The translations under genes and the position numbers were made by a program. This document shows positions 41,522 through 50,474 of a DNA stretch of 64,000 bases, piece after piece (the first letter of the stretch is position 1; each line of letters begins with the position of its first letter). Source of the DNA: an uncultured Chlamydiae bacterium. GTDB taxonomy: Bacteria > Chlamydiota > Chlamydiia > Chlamydiales > Parachlamydiaceae. Location of the stretch: contig CAWHMU010000040.1 in assembly GCA_963830365.1 (NCBI GenBank), forward strand, positions 1 to 64,000. Reading direction: 5' to 3'. Below the pieces are notes generated by a model. The model was not told the origin of the DNA and did not search any database. It was given only the letters and a program-made list of their open reading frames with translations.

Positions 41522-42295
41522 TTAAAGCAGTGAGCGGCAGCACTTTTCAAAGCGGCGATGCTGCTGTTCATACCAATGTCTATCTTCTGCCAGACGCAGC
41601 GCAAGATAGGAGTCGCCGGTAGCTTTCATGGTCTTATCTGCCGTGATGGAGCCTTGCATGCCGATCTTGGAAAGGTCGTTTAGAGTTGCGGCAAAGGCGG
41701 CATGCAGGCTTTCTTCAAGCGCCTGCCATGCCAGCCCTTTCGTCGTCCTTTCCTGCAGTGCCAAGTCTTCAAAGGCCAGCAATTTGGCTAGCATGTGGGC
41801 GTCGACAGTTTTTTTTGGATCGCTGCCCACGACTTCATTTTCCGGCAGCTTGTTCAGCCGGCTATAAAGTTCCTGCAGGGTCCTGACCTTGTCAGGCAGG
41901 CTAGTGCGCAAGGCCGCCTGTGCCGGCTGCTCGTGCAATGCTTTTTGTGGCAACGCCTCTTCAACATCGAGCAGCAAACCGATGAGCTCTAACAGTTTAG
42001 CCCGCCAATAAAGGCGCATGTCGAGCAGATGGCGCTGCGCCCTGCTGCGTCCAAGGCCGACCTTTTTGGCCAAAGCTTTAAGCTTATGCTCCAGATAATT
42101 ATCAATGGCGGCGATATCATCACCGCCAATAATCTCCATTTCGTCATGCGCCGCCAGCAAGGCGGTCTCTTTCAACCCTTCCTTGAGTAAGGCATACTCC
42201 TCATCAGCGATGCATCCCAAGCTTTTTAACATAAAGGTGTAGGCGGCGCTGCCGATACAGTCGTAATAGGCTAGCGATTTAGCAGGCACTGTCAT
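41522..42295 (-). CDS. Truncated, degenerate argininosuccinate-lyase-like protein
   Basis: The N-terminal half resembles ArgH (YDCIGSAAY..ML..LG.I..EE...L..GL; GRSR...DMRLY). It lacks the GSSxMPxKxN signature and the C-terminal ~200 aa. Confidence 0.7.
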   Translation of the reverse strand: MTVPAKSLAYYDCIGSAAYTFMLKSLGCIADEEYALLKEGLKETALLAAHDEMEIIGGDDIAAIDNYLEHKLKALAKKVGLGRSRAQRHLLDMRLYWRAKLLELIGLLLDVEEALPQKALHEQPAQAALRTSLPDKVRTLQELYSRLNKLPENEVVGSDPKKTVDAHMLAKLLAFEDLALQERTTKGLAWQALEESLHAAFAATLNDLSKIGMQGSITADKTMKATGDSYLALRLAEDRHWYEQQHRRFEKCCRSLL

Positions 42296-42494
42296 GATGA
42301 TTCAACTGTTATTGTTTTTGTATAGGCATATTCAGGATGTATATCTGCCGAGCAAACCGGCTGTCAATAAATATTAAAGGAATTGATATGTAAATTTGAC
42401 ATTTTATCAGACTCTCGTTATGCCTTTGTAAGAGCAGTTCCACCATTTTTTGAAGCGCACCTTAAATTACGTTATCACGAGAGTGGCATGATCG

Positions 42495-44243
42495 ATGACT
42501 TCCATAACGCACACAAGTAAGCGTGGCTTGGCTGAAATTTACCCAGCGGCAGGCGCTGCCGGGATGCCGACGATGGACATCGCAACCACGCGTCAACGTA
42601 AAAAGTCAAATGTGGCGCAAATCACCCATGTGACCCAACAAGCCCTGGGAGAGGGGGAATCCAAAAGCTGCGGAGTATTCCAATCGCCTGGGCTCAAGCT
42701 AGATGTAAAACCTCTCTATACTAATTCATCAAGCATGGACCGCCCGGTAGGTAAGCTTCTGACGCTGGCACAGAGCAAAGCAGCGCATGCGCAAATAGCC
42801 AAAGACCTGTCCGGGCTGGGTTTTCCTTTTTCTACCGATCAGCTGGCCCTCATCTGCAAACTTGCCGATGAGGAGATACTAAAACCAAATCGTTCGACAC
42901 ATACCCGAAATGGCTCTTCCATATTTATAAACATCGCCAAAAGCAAATGCCGAAATTCTGCTTATGCGGATATACCGAAGATGCAAATGGAGGTCCATCC
43001 TGCAACCAATCACGTGCAGATCAATCTTAAGGTATCTAAGTCAAATACAGCCGTTGGAGCATACAAGAAGTTTGCCAAAGCTGTGAGCATAATTTTTTTT
43101 AATGGGAAATACCAACAAACCCTCTTACAGGCAAGGCTAAGCGCTAAATCGCAATTTGCTGCAACGGTGCAAAACGAAGCGAGCGTCCATAAAGAATTAC
43201 AGCAATTAGCTGATCCAACCCAACCCCTACCCATCTGCCAGCTGCGCCAGGTCACCCCTATTTATATTGGAAAAGATGACGCGAAGTGTGTGATGTATTT
43301 AGAGCTCGGCACCGGTGGCGATCTATTTGATTATGCCCAGCTCTTGCCATCTGTCCAAAAACATGAAGTTTCCAGCTCAGCGCGCTTGACTAAAATATTC
43401 CCTATCATGCTGGATGCTGCCAAAGCGGTCCATCTTCTTCATAAGCATGGCTATGTGCATGCTGATATCAAGCCCGAAAATATTTTCGTGGTCATTGATA
43501 AAATGAAGCCTTTTATAAAGGCCATATTAGGGGATTTTGGCAAGGCATGCAAAGCTAAAAACTTATCAATATACTCAGGCACAGACACCTACATTGCTTG
43601 CGAAGCCTTAAAATGCAAATTGGGCATCGACAAGCAACAACGCCTAGGACAACCCATTGATATCTGGGCGCTGGGCTTTTGCTTTTATTGGCTTTTTATT
43701 GAACGACCTCTCCCCTGGCTTGGCCTGATTAAATCCATCTTCGCCCTGGCTCCTTTTTGTGAGCAGACGACAGCTGCCAGTAATGACAACAATAGCGATT
43801 TCAAGCTGTGTGAAATTGCCGGACAGATTAACGCTTTAGATGAAATTGTGGCAGCATTGCCGCCAGAGCATTTGGCGGATTTGTTCTACCACAATGTCAA
43901 AATGAGCGCGCTTAAATCAACATATCAACAGATGTTATCATTGGACACCATATTAAGAACTCTTATGGAAGAGTTAAAGATCCAGTCACAACTCCCCAAA
44001 GAAATGCATGCGCGGATAAATGAGCTGTACCAAAAAATGATCGTAAAGCTAATGGCGGTTTTTGACGCCCTGGAAACGATGCCCATGCCGGATAAAGACC
44101 AACAGCCGCTCTCCACAGAAAGTTATATCAAACAGTTGATTTGGCTGATGCTGCGTCCTAAGCCGGAAACCCGCATCACCAGCCAGGAGCTGCTTGGGGC
44201 ATTGTCAAAACTCATTAGTGTTACTGCAATAGTTAACGCATAA
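42495..44243 (+). CDS. Eukaryotic-like Ser/Thr protein kinase, effector-like (paralog 1)
   Basis: GGDLF, VHADIKPENI, LGDFG, DIWALG, MLRPKPETRI. Confidence 0.9.
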   Translation: MTSITHTSKRGLAEIYPAAGAAGMPTMDIATTRQRKKSNVAQITHVTQQALGEGESKSCGVFQSPGLKLDVKPLYTNSSSMDRPVGKLLTLAQSKAAHAQIAKDLSGLGFPFSTDQLALICKLADEEILKPNRSTHTRNGSSIFINIAKSKCRNSAYADIPKMQMEVHPATNHVQINLKVSKSNTAVGAYKKFAKAVSIIFFNGKYQQTLLQARLSAKSQFAATVQNEASVHKELQQLADPTQPLPICQLRQVTPIYIGKDDAKCVMYLELGTGGDLFDYAQLLPSVQKHEVSSSARLTKIFPIMLDAAKAVHLLHKHGYVHADIKPENIFVVIDKMKPFIKAILGDFGKACKAKNLSIYSGTDTYIACEALKCKLGIDKQQRLGQPIDIWALGFCFYWLFIERPLPWLGLIKSIFALAPFCEQTTAASNDNNSDFKLCEIAGQINALDEIVAALPPEHLADLFYHNVKMSALKSTYQQMLSLDTILRTLMEELKIQSQLPKEMHARINELYQKMIVKLMAVFDALETMPMPDKDQQPLSTESYIKQLIWLMLRPKPETRITSQELLGALSKLISVTAIVNA

Positions 44244-45369
44244 AATAGGCCTGCGATTCATGACGCCATCAAGTTCATCATCAAGTTCATCGTCGAATTC
44301 TTCATGCAAGCGCTCCCTTGAGGATATATATCCTGCCACCTCAGCTGAAGTTCAGCCGGCTGCCGGCAGCGACAGCCCAAAGATTCATAAACAGGCCAAA
44401 GACAACCATATCACGCATGTGGCAATGCCTCTCTTAAGCCTTAAAGAGCATTCCGAAGAAAGTTATCTGCTAGATAAATCCATCATACCTTGCCAAAACG
44501 TTGTTTTGGAAAATACAGAATTTAAGGCCGGTGGCGATGGATCCAAACGAACGCCATTTCAGCCGGCCCCCCTTGCTTCCATGGCTTCCTTGGCTTCCAT
44601 TGCTTCCATGGGCAGAGGGTTAGTTACATCTCCCTTTTTACCAGTCCGAATGAACCGGCCGGCGGCTGAAAATAAAATATTAACATCTAGCAAAGAGGCG
44701 CTTGCACAGCTGTCCAAAGACATTGCCGCCATCGGCTATGCTTTCACCGCCGACAAGCTAGCCCTCATCTGCCAGCTTGTCGAAGAAGAAATAAACAAAC
44801 CCAACCGTTCAACACAGACCAAACAGGACTCTTCCCTATTCATCAATATAGAGAAGAGCAAATGCCGCCATTCGCTATATGCCGCCTTGCCTAAGCTGCA
44901 AGCATGCCTGGACCTTATGACAAAGCGGGTAAAAATCCATATTAAAGTCGCCAAGTCCGATACGGAGCTGGGAACAAGCAAGAATTTTTCCAAAGCCATA
45001 ACCTTATCTTTCACGCACCAAGCAGCCCCAAAAGCTGAGCTGCATGCCAGGCTTAGTGCTAAAGCAGGCTATACCGTACAGGTGCAGAAGGAAGCGTTGT
45101 TCCATCAACAGCTGCAGCAAGCTTTAACTTCAGAAGCTACTGCCATTTGCCAGCTGCATGAGACGACCCCCCTTTATACCGGCAAAGCAAAGACCAAAAA
45201 AATCGTGATGTACACTGACTACTATCATGGCGGCGACCTCTTTAATTATTTATCTCTCTCTTTTGACTCGTCTTCCTGGAAGTCCCTTTCCAAAGCAGAA
45301 CAACTGTCACATTGGCTGCCGGTCATGCACGATATGGCTAAAGCTGTGCATGCCGTCCATCAATTATCA

Positions 45370-47085
45370 CCTCATTTCCCGTAAGAATTATAACTAGGTA
45401 CAATACAAGTCATTAAACAACAATGCTTTGACACTTAACTTTAAAACTTCTTTCCTTTTTTCATGGTTATAATTATAACCATGAAAAAAGGAAATCATAT
45501 GACCTATCGAGTACATCAGATAAACAAGAAAACTGGCATTACATATGTTTATGAGGCTGTTTCATGCTGGGATAAGAAAAAAAAACAAGCGCGCAATAAA
45601 CAGGTGTGCATTGGCAAACTTGATCCTGCCAACGGAGAATTCGTTCCGGCTAAGCGTCTTGCGCCTGAACAAGCTGCTGTTAGAGATCCGATTGTCACAG
45701 CATCTGCCGAGATAGTAGGATCTTCGATTATTCTCGACACCATCACCGACCAGTTAGGTCTGGAAGGGCTGCTAAAATCCAGCTTTCCTAAGGAGTACCG
45801 ACAGATTCTAACAATGGCTTACTATCTCGTTTCCCAAGGTGGTCCTTTGAGCCATTGTGGGGCGTGGTGCAAAAGTCATGCACATCCTTTTGGAACACCA
45901 TTAACGAGCCAGTGCATCACTGAGATCCTTCGTGCAATTAGCATCGACAAGAAACAAACTTTTTTCACGAAATGGATGAATAAGGTTTTGGAGGATGATT
46001 ACCTTTGTTACGATATCACTTCCATCTCATCATACTCAGAACTCAATGAATACATCAAATACGGCCACAACCGTGACTTAGACAAGTTACCGCAGCTGAA
46101 TCTTGCCATACTCTTCGGCCAAAAGGGACGCTTGCCCGTGTATTTCGAACGGATTCCAGGAAACATCACCGATGTCACTACATTACACAACCTTCTAAAG
46201 ACCTTCAAAGCTTTGGAGACAAAGACCCTTCACTATGTGATGGACAAGGGGTTCTACAGCAAGAAAAACGTTGATGAACTGCTTGCTTCTAGAGACAAGT
46301 TCATGCTATCGGTTCCTCTGAACAATAAATGGGTACAGCACGCTATTGATGATATCTATGAGGTCATTCACGGGCCTGAGGGATACCAAAAGCTTGATGA
46401 TGAAATCCTTTATGTCCACTCTCGCCTCTACCCATGGGGAAAGGACAACCGTCGCTGCTACCTACATCTTTACTACAATGCACATGCACGGGCTAATGCA
46501 GTCGATCGGTTTAGCGAGGAACTGGTTGGATACAAGAAGGAACTGGAATCAGGAAAAGCCATAAATGAGCACCAAGAAGCATATGATACATTTTTTGTGG
46601 TGAAGACAACCCCTAAACGGGGAATTCAAGTTTCGTACAACACCCAGGCTGTAAACCAGTACATTAATCGCTATGCTGGATTCCAAGCATTGCTGACCAA
46701 TAGCATCAAAAGCCCAACGGAATCTCTACAGATCTATCGAGACAAAGACATCGTGGAAAAGTGCTTCGATGATCTTAAAAATCAGTTAGACATGAAGCGT
46801 CTGCGTATGCACAGCTCTGCAACTGTTGATGGCAGGCTCTTCGTTCAGTTCATTGCTCTTATCTATGTAAGCGCTTTACGTAGAGAGATGAGAAAGTCTA
46901 CGCTTATTGAGCGCTACACAGTTCGCGAGCTTCTGCAAGAAATGGACACGCTAACCAAAGTGAAGTATTCCGGCAAGTACGGGCACATTCTCACAGAGAT
47001 GACGAAACCACAGCGAGATATTTTGAAAGACCTGAACATTACCCTGCCTAGCAAGACCTAGTTATAATTTTTACGGGAAATGAGG
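45370..47085 (+). mobile_element. Insertion sequence, IS1634 family (1716 bp)
   Basis: 30 bp TIRs CCTCATTTCCCGTAA(G/A)AATTATAACTAGGT with 1 mismatch, and a 6 bp direct repeat TTATCA at 45364-45369 and 47086-47091. Confidence 0.93.
45481..47061 (+). CDS. DDE transposase (IS1634-like)
   Basis: YDITSISSYS, YGHNRD, PGNITDV, VMDKGFYS, YRDKDIVEKCFDDLK. The start may be 45463, 45481 or 45499. Confidence 0.92.
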   Translation: MKKGNHMTYRVHQINKKTGITYVYEAVSCWDKKKKQARNKQVCIGKLDPANGEFVPAKRLAPEQAAVRDPIVTASAEIVGSSIILDTITDQLGLEGLLKSSFPKEYRQILTMAYYLVSQGGPLSHCGAWCKSHAHPFGTPLTSQCITEILRAISIDKKQTFFTKWMNKVLEDDYLCYDITSISSYSELNEYIKYGHNRDLDKLPQLNLAILFGQKGRLPVYFERIPGNITDVTTLHNLLKTFKALETKTLHYVMDKGFYSKKNVDELLASRDKFMLSVPLNNKWVQHAIDDIYEVIHGPEGYQKLDDEILYVHSRLYPWGKDNRRCYLHLYYNAHARANAVDRFSEELVGYKKELESGKAINEHQEAYDTFFVVKTTPKRGIQVSYNTQAVNQYINRYAGFQALLTNSIKSPTESLQIYRDKDIVEKCFDDLKNQLDMKRLRMHSSATVDGRLFVQFIALIYVSALRREMRKSTLIERYTVRELLQEMDTLTKVKYSGKYGHILTEMTKPQRDILKDLNITLPSKT

Positions 47086-48137
47086 TTATCATGCGTGCAT
47101 ATCGATATCAAGCTGGCTAATTTCCTGGTGCAAATGGACGCTAATGGGAAATATATAGCCACGGCCTTGGCAGATTTCGGCACCACCCGCCAGGTTGGAC
47201 AAGCCATAGAATACTTGGGAATGACTCCTGAAACTGTTTCGTGCGAAATGCTGAAATGGGCCTCGGGCAAAGACAAAGATCAGCGGCATCTCGGCCTGCC
47301 GCTGGATATATGGGCCTTGGGATGCAGCTTCTATGGCCTATACATGGAGCGCAATATCGGCTGGTCGTATCTGCTGAGTGCCTTTTACAGTTGCCTACGC
47401 CTAAAACGTGCCCTGACATTAAATATCCTCAAAGAAGATGGCGCCGATGATAGTAAAAGCGATCCAGACTGGGAACCTAAAGCTCTGTCTGATCGATTCA
47501 AAAAGATGGAGGATCTGGTCGAAGAACTGCCTACGCATCATTTAGGCAGGTTAGATTTCGAGGTAAAACCAAAACGGCCGGTGCTACGCATGTACAAACA
47601 GGTTGAAGCGCTGGATGAACAATGCAAAGCCCTGCTTGAAGAGGCAAAGAAACAGTTATCGCATTCAAATCAACTGTCTTTGCCAATACATCTATATCTC
47701 GCCCTAAGCAGCCTGATGGATAAACTCGCCGATAAGCTATTGGCGGTATTTGACGCTTTGGGAACGATGCCCATACCCGATAAAGATAACCAAAATCCGT
47801 CCAAAGAGGTCTTAGTGCAATGCTTGATCTGGCAGATGCTGCATCCCGATCCGACGGCCAGACCCACTAGCCAAGATATCGTTGCAGCCCTCTTCAAGCT
47901 CGGCTGACGGCATAGCCAAAATTTGTGGTTCATCCGGTGTTACAGGCCAAGGACGTGAGTAAGATATATGATTTTCCCCAGGCGAAGCTCATCTCTTTGT
48001 GACTTACAATAAGCATGATAAAGAGCTTGTGGCAAATGTGCATGACAAATTTGACTTTTTATCTTGTTAGAATTATCCCTGTATACAGATGAGACTTACC
48101 TTTTTTGTTGTATAAACCTAATAAATTAGGATAACAA

Positions 48138-50057
48138 ATGACCTCACCAAGCTCAGGAATCTCATCCACATCATCAATGGCTACGGTTGCTTACCAGCCA
48201 ACAGCTGCCACTGGCGCGTCACAAACTGGTAGCCGGACGACAGCCTCTGCCTGTATTAATGATGCCCTGCCAATAGCCTCATCTTGTAAACAAAAAACCC
48301 CTACAACCACTATAACAAGCCTCTTATGCCAATGTTTTCTGCCACAGGAAGAGGAATCAAAATCGGCCTCCCATCGCTTGCCACGCCAAGCCGGCTCCGG
48401 CACTGGCCGTGATAAATATTCATATTCCGGGCAGCGATTTTCCTCAATTTCCGAAATGCCGACGCATGGCTCCGCAGCTCCCAAAATGGCCATCAAATTT
48501 AGTGATGAGATGCATGAGCAAATTCTTAAACGATTTGCCGAGTTGGGGGTCTCTTATTCCAAAGATGTGCTGGACGCCATCTTCGAGCTTGCCAATGCCG
48601 AAATCCAACGCCCTACACGTTCATCATGGACTCTGCATGGCCCCTCCTTATTCATAAATATAAAAAAAAGTGCCTGCCAAGATGCCCTTAAATACAGCAA
48701 CTTGCCCAAAATTCAGGTGCATATCGACCAGACGACACAAAGGATTCAGCTGTTTATCAAAACCACGCCGTCAAATAAAGATATTGGCTCCACCAAAAAA
48801 CTTTCCAAAGCGCTATGTCTGTCTTTTATGCCGGAGGCCTCCCCGGATGCATGCATGGAAATCAAAATGCAGGCCCGTTTAAGCGCTAAACATCTACACG
48901 TCGACGGGTTGAAAAGAGAGGCCGACTTGCATAGCCGCCTCCAAAAATCATATGACACCTCTCAACCGTTTTCCATTTGCTGTCTCGATCTGGCCACACC
49001 AAAATATGCAGGTAAAGCCAATCAGGAGAAAATTGTGCTTTATAGCGAATATTGCGAAGGGGGGGACCTGTTCGCATTTACTTTGAAAATGATTGAAAAT
49101 TTTAAAAAAAACCAGCTGTCGACGCAGCAACAGAAAGTCTATCTGCGCCCGCTCATAGAGGATTTGATTAAAGCCGTGGCGGATTTCCACCAGGAAATGG
49201 AGAGTAAAGATCAGTATGTCCATCTGGATATCAAGCCAGAGAATTTCTTTGTGCGCTTGGAAAATAATAAATATCGCCTGGTTTTAGGTGATTTAGGTAC
49301 CGCCCAAAAGACCGGACAAAACTTCATCTCAGGAAAAACGACTCCCGAATACACCTGTGAGTTATTTAAATATAGGCAGGGATTGATTAAAGACTTTTCC
49401 ACCATCGGTCAGCCAGCCGATATCTGGGCCCTGGGCTGCTGCATTTATGAGCTCTATATGCAGCGCTCACCGCGCTGGGCTAATTTGCTTAGCTCCTACC
49501 AGACCTTCGATAGCCTTTATTCGCAGGCCTCCAAATGCACGCTTGTCACCATGTCCCAAGGCGAACTAGATGTCGCCTTGAAGAAGCTCCAGCGGCTAAC
49601 CAAAGACATCGCCTCTTTGTCTGCCGAATTTCTGGCCGACTTGCAATTTACACCAGGCGTACCTAGTGACAAAGAAATCCATGAAAGAGCCATCGCCCAA
49701 AAACTTGTCATGCGTGGACTGATAAGCCAGAGCGAGGCGCTGGTTAAAGAGATCACAAGCAATTTCCTCAGCAAAAAAGCCACTTATTTTCCCAAAGAAC
49801 TGCATGCAGCTCTAAACACTGTCAGGCAGCTGCTGTCACAAAAAATTCTAACCGCTTGGGATGTTTTGGAAAAGATGCCCACTCCAACTCCGGACAAGTC
49901 AAAATCCGCAGAAGAAAACTTCTACGAGGCCTTGATTTGGGTCATGCTGCGCCCCGATCCATCCGCACGCATCAACAGAGAAGGTCTCCTCAAACTCTTT
50001 GCCGAACTTACCGACATCAGCGACGCAGCCTACTTCACCCCTTCCCAAATGTCCTGA
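48138..50057 (+). CDS. Eukaryotic-like Ser/Thr protein kinase, effector-like (paralog 3)
   Basis: Ser/Thr-rich N-terminus, EGGDLF, VHLDIKPENF, LGDLG, DIWALG, MLRPDPSARI. Confidence 0.9.
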   Translation: MTSPSSGISSTSSMATVAYQPTAATGASQTGSRTTASACINDALPIASSCKQKTPTTTITSLLCQCFLPQEEESKSASHRLPRQAGSGTGRDKYSYSGQRFSSISEMPTHGSAAPKMAIKFSDEMHEQILKRFAELGVSYSKDVLDAIFELANAEIQRPTRSSWTLHGPSLFINIKKSACQDALKYSNLPKIQVHIDQTTQRIQLFIKTTPSNKDIGSTKKLSKALCLSFMPEASPDACMEIKMQARLSAKHLHVDGLKREADLHSRLQKSYDTSQPFSICCLDLATPKYAGKANQEKIVLYSEYCEGGDLFAFTLKMIENFKKNQLSTQQQKVYLRPLIEDLIKAVADFHQEMESKDQYVHLDIKPENFFVRLENNKYRLVLGDLGTAQKTGQNFISGKTTPEYTCELFKYRQGLIKDFSTIGQPADIWALGCCIYELYMQRSPRWANLLSSYQTFDSLYSQASKCTLVTMSQGELDVALKKLQRLTKDIASLSAEFLADLQFTPGVPSDKEIHERAIAQKLVMRGLISQSEALVKEITSNFLSKKATYFPKELHAALNTVRQLLSQKILTAWDVLEKMPTPTPDKSKSAEENFYEALIWVMLRPDPSARINREGLLKLFAELTDISDAAYFTPSQMS

Positions 50058-50067
50058 AAATCCCATA

Positions 50068-50109
50068 TATACCATGATCTAGTGAGAATTTGACATATTG
50101 GACTGCGCG
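50068..50109. repeat. Isolated left arm of family D palindromic element
   Basis: 42 bp identical to 58181-58222. Confidence 0.9.
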
Positions 50110-50128
50110 CAAAAAAACAAGCAAAAAA

Positions 50129-50329
50129 GGTTCATCACGCAAATGAGTACCTAATTAACAAAACCCTAAGAGCAATCTCCATTTTCCTTCTCTGTGCCTC
50201 TGTGTCTCGGTGGTGAAGTCTTTCGTAACGCTTTGATTAATAATACTACACCACCAGAAAGCAGATTTTACCACAGAGACACAGAGAAGGTCAGGAAAAC
50301 CTCATAGGTACTCATTTGCGTGATGAGCC
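50129..50329. repeat. Family A element enclosing family E arms
   Basis: 25 bp TIR GGTTCATCACGCAAATGAGTACCTA / TAGGTACTCATTTGCGTGATGAGCC. Internal CCTTCTCTGTGCCTCTGTG (50186) / CACAGAGACACAGAGAAGG (to 50290). Confidence 0.88.
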
Positions 50330-50474
50330 CCAAAAAACGCATCGGCAAAATGAGGTAATGCCAATAAAACACTTAACAAATTAATAAACAACACAAGCGA
50401 GTAAAGGTTATGCTAGCTTATTATTCATATTGCTTGTATACTGTTGCTTCCATAATATTTATTGTGTAGGTTTT

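Larger units (their letters stand above)
44260..47907 (+). pseudogene. Ser/Thr kinase paralog 2 interrupted by IS1634-family insertion
   Basis: Removing 45370-47091 rejoins ...AVHQLS|CVHIDIKLANF...ADFG...DIWALG in frame, giving 641 aa. Confidence 0.92.

Noticed and set aside
41522..42295. Functional argH
   Set aside because: It is about half the normal length and lacks the catalytic signature motifs.
47080..47907. Independent 275 aa kinase gene
   Set aside because: It is the C-terminal half of the IS-split kinase, and its ATG comes from the IS terminal repeat.
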